Shown here piece after piece: positions 27,650 through 36,985 of a DNA stretch of 64,000 nucleotides. The DNA comes from Clostridia bacterium (GTDB lineage Bacteria; Bacillota; Clostridia; Christensenellales; Aristaeellaceae). Where the stretch lies: positions 15,631 through 79,630 of the forward strand of contig JAFXZS010000003.1 in NCBI GenBank assembly GCA_017541105.1. Reading direction: 5' to 3'. A program made the position numbers and the translations under genes. Under the pieces are notes generated by a model. That model ran no database searches, had not been told where the DNA came from, and saw only the letters and a list, made by a program, of their open reading frames with translations. Positions within the stretch are counted from its first letter, which is position 1, and every line of letters begins with the position of its first letter.

Positions 27650-29992
27650 TCAGACATTCCAGATTTCCCCGGCGTACTGCCGGACGGTCCGGTCGGAGGA
27701 AAACTTGCCCGCGTGGGCTACATTCATCAGGCATTTCCGGGCGAACGCGGGACTGCCGGATCCGGCGTCCCGGATCGCCTGCAGCTTCGTTTCGTAATAG
27801 CTTTCAAAATCTTTCATCACAAAGTAGTGGTCCGGCTGATGCCAGGAAGCCCCTTCAAGGATTGCATCGTGGAGCTCCTTCAGCGCGCCGTCCTCATCCG
27901 GGAAAGTCCCGTCGGTCAGGGTGTCCAGTGCCCGGCGCAGCAGGGCATTCTTCCTGTAGATCTTCTTCGGGTCATAGGTCTTTCTGATCTTGTCCAGTTC
28001 TTCCACGGTTGCGCCGAATATATAATTGTTTTCAAGGCCGGCTTCCTCGACGATCTCCACGTTTGCGCCGTCAAAAGTTCCCAGGGTTACGGCGCCGTTC
28101 AGCATCAGCTTCATATTGCCGGTGCCGGAGGCTTCGGTGCCGGCAGGAGAGATCTGTTCGGAGATATCCGCGGCGGGAATGATTTTCTCCGCCCAGGAAC
28201 AGCAATAGTTCTGTACAAAGACGACCTTCAGGCGGCCTACGGTATCGGGATCGTGGTTGACCTTGTCCGCAATCATATTAATCCAGTGAATGACTGCTTT
28301 TGCCCGGTCATACCCCGGGGCAGCCTTCGCGCCGAAGATGAAGGCAACGGGCGGGAGATCCTTCAGCTTACCCTTTTTCAGCTGTTCGTAAACAGCCAGA
28401 ATACTCAGCGCGTTCATGAACTGACGCTTGTATTCGTGAAGCCGCTTGATCTGTACGTCAAACACCATGCCGGGATCCAGCTCCACACCCTCTCGTTTCA
28501 GAATCTCCGCGCAGAGCTGCTTTTTCTTTTCCTTTTTGACCGCCATGAACTGTCTGCACAGCTCGGCATTGATCATAGGATCCAGTTTTTCAAGCCCGGA
28601 CAGTTCCGTGATGAAATCCGCCCCGATTTTGCTCTCGATCAGGGAGGAAAGCTCCGGATTGCATAACCCCAGCCATCTGCGCTGGGTAATGCCGTTCGTC
28701 TTGTTCTGGAAGCGCTCGGGATAAAGCTTGTACCACTCCGCAAACACACTGTTTTTCAGGATCTCGGTATGCAACGCGGCAACGCCGTTGACGGCATGGG
28801 TGGCATACACGGCCATTTCGGCCATATGTACCCGGCCGTCCAGAATGATGCACAGGGAAGGTGAAATCTCCTTGTGCAGCTTTCCCATTTCCCTGCGGAA
28901 CCGAGCGTCAATTTTCCGGATGATTCCGACAATCTGCGGGCAGACAGAAGAGAGCAGGGAAAGATCCCATTTTTCCAGCGCTTCCTGCATGACGGTGTGA
29001 TTGGTATAGGCAAAGGTATCCTGGGCAATCCGGAAAGCCTGCTCAAAGGGCACACCGTCCTCCCCAAGCAGGCGGATCAGTTCGGGAACAGCCATGGTGG
29101 GATGTGTATCGTTCAGCTGGACAGCCACTTCCGCGGCAAAGAACGAGTAGTCACTGCCGTGGCGCTTCCTGTATTTCCGCAGCAGGTCCTGCATCGTGGC
29201 GGAGACCAGCACGTACTGCTGTTTGACGCGAAGCTGCCTGCCCGCCTTTTTGGTATCGTTGGGGTACAGGAATTTGGTGATGTCCTCGGCCTTGTTCTTG
29301 TCGGCCACTGCCCTGGCATATTCCTGCCGGTTGAACAGCGCAAAATCCATCTCATGCAGGCTCTCGGTCTGCCAGAGGCGAAGTGTGCCGATGTTTTTCG
29401 CTCCGTAACCAACCACCGGCATATCGTAGGGAACGGCAAGCACATCACCCGTTTTCATGGGGACGACCACCGCTTCTTCGTCCCGGCGTACAGACCAGGG
29501 ATCCCCGTAGCGGGCCCAGTCATCGGGCTCCTCATGCTGGCGGCCGTCCACAAAGGACTGCCGGAACAGGCCGTAACGGAACCGCAGGCCGTATCCGGTC
29601 AGCGGGATTCCGCAGGTGACGGCGCTGTCCAGGAAACACGCGGCAAGCCGGCCCAGACCGCCGTTGCCGAAAGCATCGTCCTCAATGTCTTCCAGCATGG
29701 CAAGATCCACACCACGCTCCGCCAGCAGCTCCCGGACATCTCCCAGCAGGCCCATGCAGTACAGGTTGTTGAAAACCAGGCGGCCTACCAGGTATTCCAT
29801 GGAGAGATATGCTGCCGCGCGGCGGGGGAAGCGGTCTTCCTCCTTCTTTTTCCACAGGGGAGCCAGCGCCTCCATCGCAGCACCGGATACGGCGTTGTGC
29901 AGCTCAGCGGCGGAGGCATCCTTCAGTTCCTTATGGGTTTCGGTCATCAGACGCTGCTCGGCGCCGCGAATCAGCTGTTTTGCGTTCATCAT
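27650..29992 (-). CDS. glgP: glycogen/maltodextrin phosphorylase (GT35)
   Basis: GNGGLGRLAACFLDS, QLNDTHP, AYTNHT, KTNGITQRRW, QIKRLHEYKRQ, EASGTGNMK (PLP Lys). Confidence 0.95.
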   Translation of the reverse strand: MMNAKQLIRGAEQRLMTETHKELKDASAAELHNAVSGAAMEALAPLWKKKEEDRFPRRAAAYLSMEYLVGRLVFNNLYCMGLLGDVRELLAERGVDLAMLEDIEDDAFGNGGLGRLAACFLDSAVTCGIPLTGYGLRFRYGLFRQSFVDGRQHEEPDDWARYGDPWSVRRDEEAVVVPMKTGDVLAVPYDMPVVGYGAKNIGTLRLWQTESLHEMDFALFNRQEYARAVADKNKAEDITKFLYPNDTKKAGRQLRVKQQYVLVSATMQDLLRKYRKRHGSDYSFFAAEVAVQLNDTHPTMAVPELIRLLGEDGVPFEQAFRIAQDTFAYTNHTVMQEALEKWDLSLLSSVCPQIVGIIRKIDARFRREMGKLHKEISPSLCIILDGRVHMAEMAVYATHAVNGVAALHTEILKNSVFAEWYKLYPERFQNKTNGITQRRWLGLCNPELSSLIESKIGADFITELSGLEKLDPMINAELCRQFMAVKKEKKKQLCAEILKREGVELDPGMVFDVQIKRLHEYKRQFMNALSILAVYEQLKKGKLKDLPPVAFIFGAKAAPGYDRAKAVIHWINMIADKVNHDPDTVGRLKVVFVQNYCCSWAEKIIPAADISEQISPAGTEASGTGNMKLMLNGAVTLGTFDGANVEIVEEAGLENNYIFGATVEELDKIRKTYDPKKIYRKNALLRRALDTLTDGTFPDEDGALKELHDAILEGASWHQPDHYFVMKDFESYYETKLQAIRDAGSGSPAFARKCLMNVAHAGKFSSDRTVRQYAGEIWNV

Positions 29993-29998
29993 GTGGGA

Positions 29999-31471
29999 TT
30001 ATCTCCTGTTTGTTTCTTTGTTCAGTTTATAGTACTTCATGGACAGATCGAAGGTCAGGGCATCCGGCTTCATCCGCCACAGCCAGTTGCCTCCGGTTGA
30101 GCCGGGAAGATTCATCCGGGCGTCCCCGTCCAGGTTCAGGATATCCTGCATCGGAATAATGACCGTATCGCATGGCCCCCGGAACAGGTACCGGATCATG
30201 GCATCCGGCGCTTCTTCCGCTTTGGTGAAGCCTGTGGTTTTCCCGGCAAAGGCAAGCGCTTCTTTTGAGGCTTTCCGGGCCCAGCCCAGCGTGGTGTCAT
30301 TATCATGCGTCCCGGTGTAGGCAACGGTGTTCTCCGTATAGCATCCCGGGAAGTGCGGATTGTTTTCGTCGCTGTCAAATCCGAAGGTAAGCACCTTCAT
30401 ACCGGGATAGCCGCACCAGTCCAGCAGTTTCCGTACACGTTTGTTGACACACCCCAGGTCCTCCGCGATAATCCGGATGCCCGGGATCTCCCGCGTGAGC
30501 GTCCGGAACAGGTCTTTCCCGGGGCCGACGACCCATTTGCCTTTCCGGGCGTTCGGCATGCCGTGCTGAACGGAATAGTAGTTTGCAAAGCCGATGAAGT
30601 GATCGATCCGGACCATGTCGTACATGGAGGCCATACACTTCATCCGCTCCACCCACCAGTCGTATTTCCGCCGGCGGAGCCTGTGCCACCGGTACAGCGG
30701 ATTGCCCCACAGCTGGCCGTCCGCGGAGAAGTAATCCGGCGGTACGCCGGCCACCCGTTTCGGAATCAGGTTCCGGTCCAGCTGGAAAATTTCCGGATGG
30801 GTCCATGTGTCCGCGGAATCTTCCGCCACATAGATGGGCATATCCCCGAACAGCAGGATGTTCCGTTCGTTGCAGTATTTCTTCAGCGCGAACCACTGTT
30901 TCCGGAACAGGTACTGGCAAAAGACATGAAAGTCAATTTCCTCCCGCAGCTGTTCCCGGTATTTCCGGACGGCTTCCGGCTTGCGGTGGATTATTTCAGG
31001 ATCCGGCCATGCAGAGTACATCGCACCGCCGAAATGCTCCTTCACCGCGGTGAAAAGAGCAAAATCCTCCACCCAGGATTGTTCCTTCCGGAACCGGTCC
31101 GTCTGGGAACGGAGCTTTTCAGCGGATTGGCTGAAACAGCGCCGCAGCAGCTCGTTCTTATTCTTCCGTACTGCCTCGTAGTCCACTTTTTCAGGATTCG
31201 CGGGAGTGAAGAAATCTTCCTCACTGCAGTCAAGCAGCCCTTCCTCCCGAAGCATATCGCAGGAGATTAGCAGCGGATTGCCGGCAAATACGGAGCTGGA
31301 CTGGTACGGGCTTTCACCGTATCCGGTGGGGCCGACGGGGAGCACCTGCCAGATCCCGAATCCGGAGGTCTGCAGGAAGTCAGCGAACTGGAAGGCTTCC
31401 CTGCCAAGGCTGCCGATGCCGCCCGGAGAGGAAAGAGAGGAAATATGCATCAGGACACCGCTGGTGCGCAT
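29999..31471 (-). CDS. malQ: 4-alpha-glucanotransferase (GH77)
   Basis: SGVLMHISSL, GDMPIYV, GVPPDYFSADGQLWGNP, RIDHF, IAEDLG, YTGTHDNDT, RMNLPG. Confidence 0.96.
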   Translation of the reverse strand: MRTSGVLMHISSLSSPGGIGSLGREAFQFADFLQTSGFGIWQVLPVGPTGYGESPYQSSSVFAGNPLLISCDMLREEGLLDCSEEDFFTPANPEKVDYEAVRKNKNELLRRCFSQSAEKLRSQTDRFRKEQSWVEDFALFTAVKEHFGGAMYSAWPDPEIIHRKPEAVRKYREQLREEIDFHVFCQYLFRKQWFALKKYCNERNILLFGDMPIYVAEDSADTWTHPEIFQLDRNLIPKRVAGVPPDYFSADGQLWGNPLYRWHRLRRRKYDWWVERMKCMASMYDMVRIDHFIGFANYYSVQHGMPNARKGKWVVGPGKDLFRTLTREIPGIRIIAEDLGCVNKRVRKLLDWCGYPGMKVLTFGFDSDENNPHFPGCYTENTVAYTGTHDNDTTLGWARKASKEALAFAGKTTGFTKAEEAPDAMIRYLFRGPCDTVIIPMQDILNLDGDARMNLPGSTGGNWLWRMKPDALTFDLSMKYYKLNKETNRR

Positions 31472-31492
31472 GGTAAAATCTCCTTTCGTATG

Positions 31493-32527
31493 TTATTCCG
31501 GCATCCGGGGCGGGGCAACGGATTCCCGGCTCCGGTAGGAAGCTTTGACCAGAATGTGCCGCGGGGCAGCGCCTTTTTCCATCATATCCAGCAGCAGGTT
31601 GACGCTGCGGCGGGCAATTTCGTCCACCGGCTGTTCGACGGTGGTCAGACGCGGAACCGTGAAGCGGCTGATGTCAATTCCGTCAAACCCGACGACACTG
31701 ACATCCCGGGGCACTGTTTTTCCAAGATCCTGCAGCGCGCGGATGGCCCCGACGGCCACCGTGTCGCTCATGGTGAACAGGGCTGTGGTCTCCGGATGCC
31801 CGGAGAAAAAATCCCGGGCGGTATCATATCCCGCGTCGAAGGAGAACCGGCATTCCCGGTAATTCTCCGGATCAAAAGAGAGGCCCCGGTCCGAAAACGC
31901 GTCGCAGAACCCCTGGAAGCGCATGGCCAGGGAGTCACCCGCGATAGGGTTGGAACCGAATACGGCAATCTTCCGGTGGCCGATGGACAGCAGCTCTTCA
32001 CCGACCAGCCGGCCCATGCTCCGGTCATCGACCGCGACGGAGGAGGCATTGGGCATGGCAGCGGTTTCTGCGTTCACCGTCGTGAAGACCACCGGCAGGT
32101 CCAGGTGGCGGATTGCCTGCACCCGATGATCGATCAGGCTGCCGACAAATATCAGCCCTTTGATCCGGTTTTGACGGGTCATTTTCAGCGCGGTAAGGAA
32201 TTCATCATCCTGCTCATCGATATACTCCGTGACAAAATTATCCGGAATGGAGGTTGCCCGGTCCAGAATCGCTTCCGCCAGCGCATTCAGGAAAGGATTG
32301 GACCGGCCGCGGATGACCAGGCCGATGAGTTCGCTGACCTGCTTGAGCCCCCGGGCATTCGTATTGCCGACAAAATGGCATTCCTCTATGATTTTTTCAA
32401 CAAGCTCCCGGGTGGCCGGATTCACATCCGGACGATGATTCAATACCCGGCTGACGGTAGTCACGGAGACACCGGCCAGCTGGGCAATATCCCGGATGGT
32501 GTAAACCTTCTGAGTCAGGACGCTCAT
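31493..32527 (-). CDS. LacI-family transcriptional regulator (probable maltodextrin regulator)
   Basis: TIRDIAQLAGVSVTTVSRVLN HTH; VPRDVSVVGFDG, PRLTTVEQP; co-oriented upstream of malQ-glgP. Confidence 0.93.
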   Translation of the reverse strand: MSVLTQKVYTIRDIAQLAGVSVTTVSRVLNHRPDVNPATRELVEKIIEECHFVGNTNARGLKQVSELIGLVIRGRSNPFLNALAEAILDRATSIPDNFVTEYIDEQDDEFLTALKMTRQNRIKGLIFVGSLIDHRVQAIRHLDLPVVFTTVNAETAAMPNASSVAVDDRSMGRLVGEELLSIGHRKIAVFGSNPIAGDSLAMRFQGFCDAFSDRGLSFDPENYRECRFSFDAGYDTARDFFSGHPETTALFTMSDTVAVGAIRALQDLGKTVPRDVSVVGFDGIDISRFTVPRLTTVEQPVDEIARRSVNLLLDMMEKGAAPRHILVKASYRSRESVAPPRMPE

Positions 32528-32546
32528 CCCCTTTTCGGAAGAGATA

Positions 32547-32607
32547 CCGGAAACGGTATCGGTAACGTTTCCGGAACAAGAATAGCACAATCTGTATTGT
32601 TCGTCAA
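32547..32607 (-). promoter_or_regulatory. promoter plus tandem LacI-type operator of lacI-malQ-glgP
   Basis: Minus strand TTGACG, 17 nt, (TGc)TATTCT, then CCGGAAACGTTACCGATACCGTTTCCGG (32547-32574). Confidence 0.7.
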
Positions 32608-32715
32608 GAACAGCATGCAGCAAATACAGTGATTCAGGATGAATCAATGCATGTATCTGCCTGCATCCATGAAGATCCAAGAGAAAAGCCGCATCGCATT
32701 ATGGCGGCCGCCCTG

Positions 32716-32744
32716 TTGATTTTTTTGCGGAAATTATTTATAAT
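32716..32744 (+). promoter_or_regulatory. sigma-A promoter of LRR gene
   Basis: TTGATT, 17 nt, TATAAT. Confidence 0.6.
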
Positions 32745-32777
32745 ACGTGAAAACAGCTGTCCGGGAGGTGAAGGAAA

Positions 32778-33536
32778 GTGAAGAAACGTGTGTTTGCACT
32801 GCTGACAGTGCTTGCTGTTCTTCTTTTCGGCATGACCGCCCTGGCAGAAGAAGATGATTTCTGGGATGATGATTTTTTCGGAGATGATGATTTCTTCAGT
32901 GATGAGGATTTCTATGAAGACGACGGAATCGTGCTTCCCGATTTCGAAGAGGACGACAATCAGAACCTGAAGGACAGGATGGATGCGCTTTCCGGCTTCA
33001 GCGGCATTGATTTCAAGCAGGAGGGTGATTTCCGGTTTATCGTGCTGGAAGACGGGAAATCCTGCGCGACAGACCGGTATCTGGGCGTTGACACGGTGGT
33101 TACCGTACCGGAAAAGCTTGGGGGATGTACCGTAACAGCCATCGGTGAAATGACTTTTCAGGACTGCAAGGTGGAAGAGGTTATCCTGCCGGAGACGATT
33201 CTGAGTATCGACAACATGGCCTTCTTCAAGTGCGAATCCCTCCGAAGCATTACTGTTCCGGAAGGCGTGACAGCGCTGGGACGCTGCTGTTTCGGGGGCT
33301 GTACCGCGCTGCAGACCGCCGTGCTGCCCGAAAGCCTTGAAACCGTGGATGAGTTTGCCTTTCTGAACTGCGCGGCCCTGTCGGAGGCATGCTTCGGCAC
33401 CCAGCTGAAAAGTATCGGGCCGAACGCCTTCTGCATGTGCGCCTCCCTGATCCGTGTGGTGCTTCCCAGGAATGCGCAGGTGGATGAAAGCGCATTTACC
33501 CAATGCCCGGAGGACCGGGAAACAGAATATATATAA
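32778..33536 (+). CDS. secreted BspA-type (LRR_5) leucine-rich repeat protein
   Basis: Signal peptide ending ALA/EE; repeats such as LPETILSIDNMAFFKCESLRSITVPEGVTALGRCCFGGCTAL. Confidence 0.88.
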   Translation: MKKRVFALLTVLAVLLFGMTALAEEDDFWDDDFFGDDDFFSDEDFYEDDGIVLPDFEEDDNQNLKDRMDALSGFSGIDFKQEGDFRFIVLEDGKSCATDRYLGVDTVVTVPEKLGGCTVTAIGEMTFQDCKVEEVILPETILSIDNMAFFKCESLRSITVPEGVTALGRCCFGGCTALQTAVLPESLETVDEFAFLNCAALSEACFGTQLKSIGPNAFCMCASLIRVVLPRNAQVDESAFTQCPEDRETEYI

Positions 33537-33548
33537 TGACTGATATAC

Positions 33549-33584
33549 AAAGAGCCGTTCCGGCCAGATCCGGAACGGCTCTTT
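33549..33584. terminator. bidirectional intrinsic terminator
   Basis: AAAGAGCCGTTCCGG-ccagat-CCGGAACGGCTCTTT, a perfect 15-bp stem between convergent genes. Confidence 0.85.
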
Positions 33585-33596
33585 GGTATATATGGA

Positions 33597-34298
33597 TTAT
33601 TGAATAATCATTCTGCCGCAGGTTTCACATTCGACAAGGTTGCCGCCTTTGATCCGGGCCAGCACGGCAGAGGGGAGCGACGTATTGCAGCCGGAGCATT
33701 GCCCGTGGGTCAGCCGCGCGACGGGAGGCGAAATGTGCCTCTTGATGACCTGGTATTCCTCCAGCAGAGAGGGACTGACCTGATTCATCAGGGCTTTTGC
33801 TCGGGCTCGCTGCTCATCCAACTCCGCTTTCCGGCTCTGGGATTCCGCTTCGTAATCCGCTTTCAGCTGGTCAAAAGACTTCTTGGCATTGGCAGCTTCA
33901 ACCCGCACAACATGCTGCTGTTTTTCATGCGCGGTGGATTCCCGGACAATCCGCGCGATCTCTGCCTCATACTGCCGGATGGTATCCCGGCACCGGCTGA
34001 CTTCGGACATCAAGGATTTCACATCTTCCGGGGACTGGGGAGGATTGGATTCGAAACGGTCTTTCAGCGACCGGAGCTGGGACTCGGAGCGGACAACCGC
34101 CTGCTCAATGATATCCTTGCGATCCACCATTGCGGTGATCTCGTTTTCAATCTGCTTGTACTGTTTCTGACGATCCAAAATGAAGTCGCGGGCTTTTTCA
34201 AGCTTCAGCCGGGTAGGAGAACGCTTAATGGCATTGGCAATCGCATCCGCCTTAATATCCTCCGTCTGAAAAGCCCAAAGGGCGTCAAACTGTTCCAT
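33597..34298 (-). CDS. coiled-coil protein with C4-type zinc ribbon (DUF164/zf-RING_7 family)
   Basis: Long heptad region then CSGC...CETCGR; follows nif3 as commonly seen. Confidence 0.85.
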   Translation of the reverse strand: MEQFDALWAFQTEDIKADAIANAIKRSPTRLKLEKARDFILDRQKQYKQIENEITAMVDRKDIIEQAVVRSESQLRSLKDRFESNPPQSPEDVKSLMSEVSRCRDTIRQYEAEIARIVRESTAHEKQQHVVRVEAANAKKSFDQLKADYEAESQSRKAELDEQRARAKALMNQVSPSLLEEYQVIKRHISPPVARLTHGQCSGCNTSLPSAVLARIKGGNLVECETCGRMIIQ

Positions 34299-34330
34299 AC
34301 AGGACCTCCTTCTGACAGGCCGGCCGCCTG

Positions 34331-35101
34331 TCATGATTGCTGGGGAAATGAATATGCAGAAACTGCGGATATAAAAACCCGCACATTACATTCTACATGA
34401 TTAAGGGAGTTTTGTAAAGCTTCGGCCAGCGCTGCCAGGCCCGGCTCCTCCGTTGCGAAATGGCCGCATTCCAGGGCGGCAATTCCGGCGTCTGCCATGG
34501 CGAGGGCTAAATGATGCTTGATTTCCCCGGAAACAAAAGCATCACACCCTGTTTCCGCGGCTTTGATCCATTCATCCCCGCCGCTGCCCGAGCAAAGGCC
34601 TACGCGGCGGATGATCCGGTCATCGGGGGCCATGATACGAACGGTGGTTTCAAGGTTTTCCTCCAGAAGATCCGCAAAATCACGAACCGTCATCGGTGCA
34701 GGCAGAAAGCCGGAACGGAAGAAACCGTCCCCGGTGACTTCCACCAGTCCGGAGAGAGCCGCCAGGGTATCGTTGATGCCGCCGGCCGCCTGATCCAGAT
34801 TGGTATGAGCGGAGATGAGGCTGATACCTTCCCGGACAAGCCGGCATATCAGCCGGCCTTCATATGTTTCGTCCGTGAGCGAATGAATGGCAGAAAACAT
34901 GAGCGGATGATGGGTGACAATGAGCTCAGCACCGAGGGCAACAGCTTCATCAATCACGGGCTGGGTCACATCCAGCGCAAAGAGGATGGCGGAGACTTCC
35001 TGGGCCGGATAACCGACCAGCAGGCCGGAATTGTCAAATTCCTGCTGGGTGTCAAAAGGCGCAACAGTATTAATCAGTTCATAGACGGTACGGACATTCA
35101 C
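34331..35101 (-). CDS. Nif3-like dinuclear metal centre hexameric protein
   Basis: DNSGLLVG, IVTHHPLMF, SAHTNLD, GSGG, GHFATE; GTG start after AGGAGG. Confidence 0.92.
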   Translation of the reverse strand: MNVRTVYELINTVAPFDTQQEFDNSGLLVGYPAQEVSAILFALDVTQPVIDEAVALGAELIVTHHPLMFSAIHSLTDETYEGRLICRLVREGISLISAHTNLDQAAGGINDTLAALSGLVEVTGDGFFRSGFLPAPMTVRDFADLLEENLETTVRIMAPDDRIIRRVGLCSGSGGDEWIKAAETGCDAFVSGEIKHHLALAMADAGIAALECGHFATEEPGLAALAEALQNSLNHVECNVRVFISAVSAYSFPQQS

Positions 35102-35140
35102 GGTGCACACCTCCTGTGTTTTTCGGTTCGGGAAAAGGGA

Positions 35141-35824
35141 TCAGGAACCAAGAAAACGATCATAAAGGGCCAGATCCTCCTGCACCTGACGAATCAGCGG
35201 CTGATCCGGCACGGAAGCCGAAAGCAGCCCCTTCAGCTGGAAGGACAGGACCTCCCGTCTCCGGGACAGAAACCCGGGAAGCAGGGGAGAAGCGGAACGA
35301 AACAGCGGGCCGCCGGTTCGGATTTCCTGCTCTGACAGGGGCTCCAGGCCGGGACGCGCCCGAAGGACCAGGTAATAGCGGCCGGCAGCGAAGCAAGGCT
35401 CCTCCCGATCCAGATGATAACCGATATCCAGGACCGCGCGGCGGATCAGGTGCCAGTCAGTATGGGCGGAAAGAATCAGCGACGCGCCCTGCAGCCGGGA
35501 CTGACCGGCTGTCAGAATGCTCTGAATCGTGCGGCCGCCCATTCCCATTACGGAGATGCACCCGCAGGATTCCGAAAGAGGTTCCAGCCCGTCTCCCAGC
35601 CGGAGATCCACCCGGCTGCTCAGCCGGAGACGGACGATTTCGAAGCGGGCATTGGCCAGAGCACCCGGGCTGATATCCGTCAGAATCATACGCTGACAGC
35701 GGCCGCGCTGAAGCAGCGCGGCCGGCAAATAAGCATGATCGGTTCCAATATCCGCGGCCAGCTCACAGGGATCATACAGATCGAAGGCAAGTGACAGGCG
35801 AGGATCGAGGAGTCTGTATCGCAT
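35141..35824 (-). CDS. trmK: tRNA (adenine22-N1)-methyltransferase
   Basis: ADIGTDHAYLP, LGDGLEPL, GMGGRTI; rpoD-trmK-nif3 order. Confidence 0.88.
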   Translation of the reverse strand: MRYRLLDPRLSLAFDLYDPCELAADIGTDHAYLPAALLQRGRCQRMILTDISPGALANARFEIVRLRLSSRVDLRLGDGLEPLSESCGCISVMGMGGRTIQSILTAGQSRLQGASLILSAHTDWHLIRRAVLDIGYHLDREEPCFAAGRYYLVLRARPGLEPLSEQEIRTGGPLFRSASPLLPGFLSRRREVLSFQLKGLLSASVPDQPLIRQVQEDLALYDRFLGS

Positions 35825-35829
35825 AGCGG

Positions 35830-36957
35830 TTAATCCAGATAATCCCGGAGCTTTTTACTGCGGGAGGGATGCCGCAGCTTTCGAAGGGCTTTGGCTTCGA
35901 TCTGCCGAATCCGCTCCCGGGTCACATTGAATTCCTTGCCGACTTCTTCCAGGGTGCGCTGATGCCCGTCATCCAGGCCGAAGCGCAGGCGGAGGACCTT
36001 TTCTTCCCGGGGAGTCAGGGTGTCCAGCACGTCCATCAGCTGCTCCTTCATCAGGGTGAAGGAGGCGGCTTCAGCAGGAGCCGGTGCATCATCATCTGGA
36101 ATAAAGTCTCCCAGATGGGAATCCTCTTCCTCTCCGATCGGGGTTTCCAGGGAGACCGGTTCCTGCGCAATCTTGATAATCTCACGTACTTTGGATTCGG
36201 AAATTCCCATTTCGGAAGCGATTTCTTCGGGCGTGGGCTCCCGGCCGTACTCCTGCAGGAGCTGGCGGGAGACACGAATCAGTTTGTTGATGGTCTCCAC
36301 CATGTGCACGGGGATGCGGATGGTGCGGGCCTGGTCCGCGATTGCACGGGTAATGGCCTGGCGGATCCACCAGGTGGCATAGGTGGAGAACTTGAAACCC
36401 TTGCGGTAATCGAACTTTTCCACGGCCTTGATGAGCCCCAGGTTGCCCTCCTGAATCAGATCCAGGAACAGCATGCCGCGGCCCACATAACGTTTGGCAA
36501 TGGAGACCACCAGACGGAGATTGGCTTCCGCCAGCTTCTGCTTGGCGGTCTCATCCCCGGCTTCAAGGCGCTTGGCGATCTCGATTTCCTCTTCAGCGGT
36601 CAGCAGCGGGACTTTGCCGATTTCCTTTAAATACATGCGGACAGGATCGTCAATGCTGATCCCTTCGGGAACGGAGAGATCAATCGGCTCCTCGGCAGAA
36701 GATTCAAGGGAAGCGGCAGCGGCGGCCACATCGGCGGCCTGCTCTTCGGAAATCGCCACAGTGTCGGCCGTATCGTTCACAACGGTGACCCCGTAAGCAT
36801 CCAGGGTCTCGAGCACATGATCCAGCTGATCCGGATCCATCTCCAGCTCGGAAAGCCGGTCCATGATTTCCTTACAGGTCAGCGAGCCTTTGGACTTGCC
36901 ATACTCATAAAGCTCGTCCAGGCGCTTTTGCTTTGTTTCAGGCGAAAGAGTCGACAA
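35830..36957 (-). CDS. rpoD: RNA polymerase primary sigma factor SigA
   Basis: [59 protein letters not shown]. Confidence 0.98.
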   Translation of the reverse strand: MSTLSPETKQKRLDELYEYGKSKGSLTCKEIMDRLSELEMDPDQLDHVLETLDAYGVTVVNDTADTVAISEEQAADVAAAAASLESSAEEPIDLSVPEGISIDDPVRMYLKEIGKVPLLTAEEEIEIAKRLEAGDETAKQKLAEANLRLVVSIAKRYVGRGMLFLDLIQEGNLGLIKAVEKFDYRKGFKFSTYATWWIRQAITRAIADQARTIRIPVHMVETINKLIRVSRQLLQEYGREPTPEEIASEMGISESKVREIIKIAQEPVSLETPIGEEEDSHLGDFIPDDDAPAPAEAASFTLMKEQLMDVLDTLTPREEKVLRLRFGLDDGHQRTLEEVGKEFNVTRERIRQIEAKALRKLRHPSRSKKLRDYLD

Positions 36958-36985
36958 CGGTATCCTCTCCTTACTTCGGTCACGG

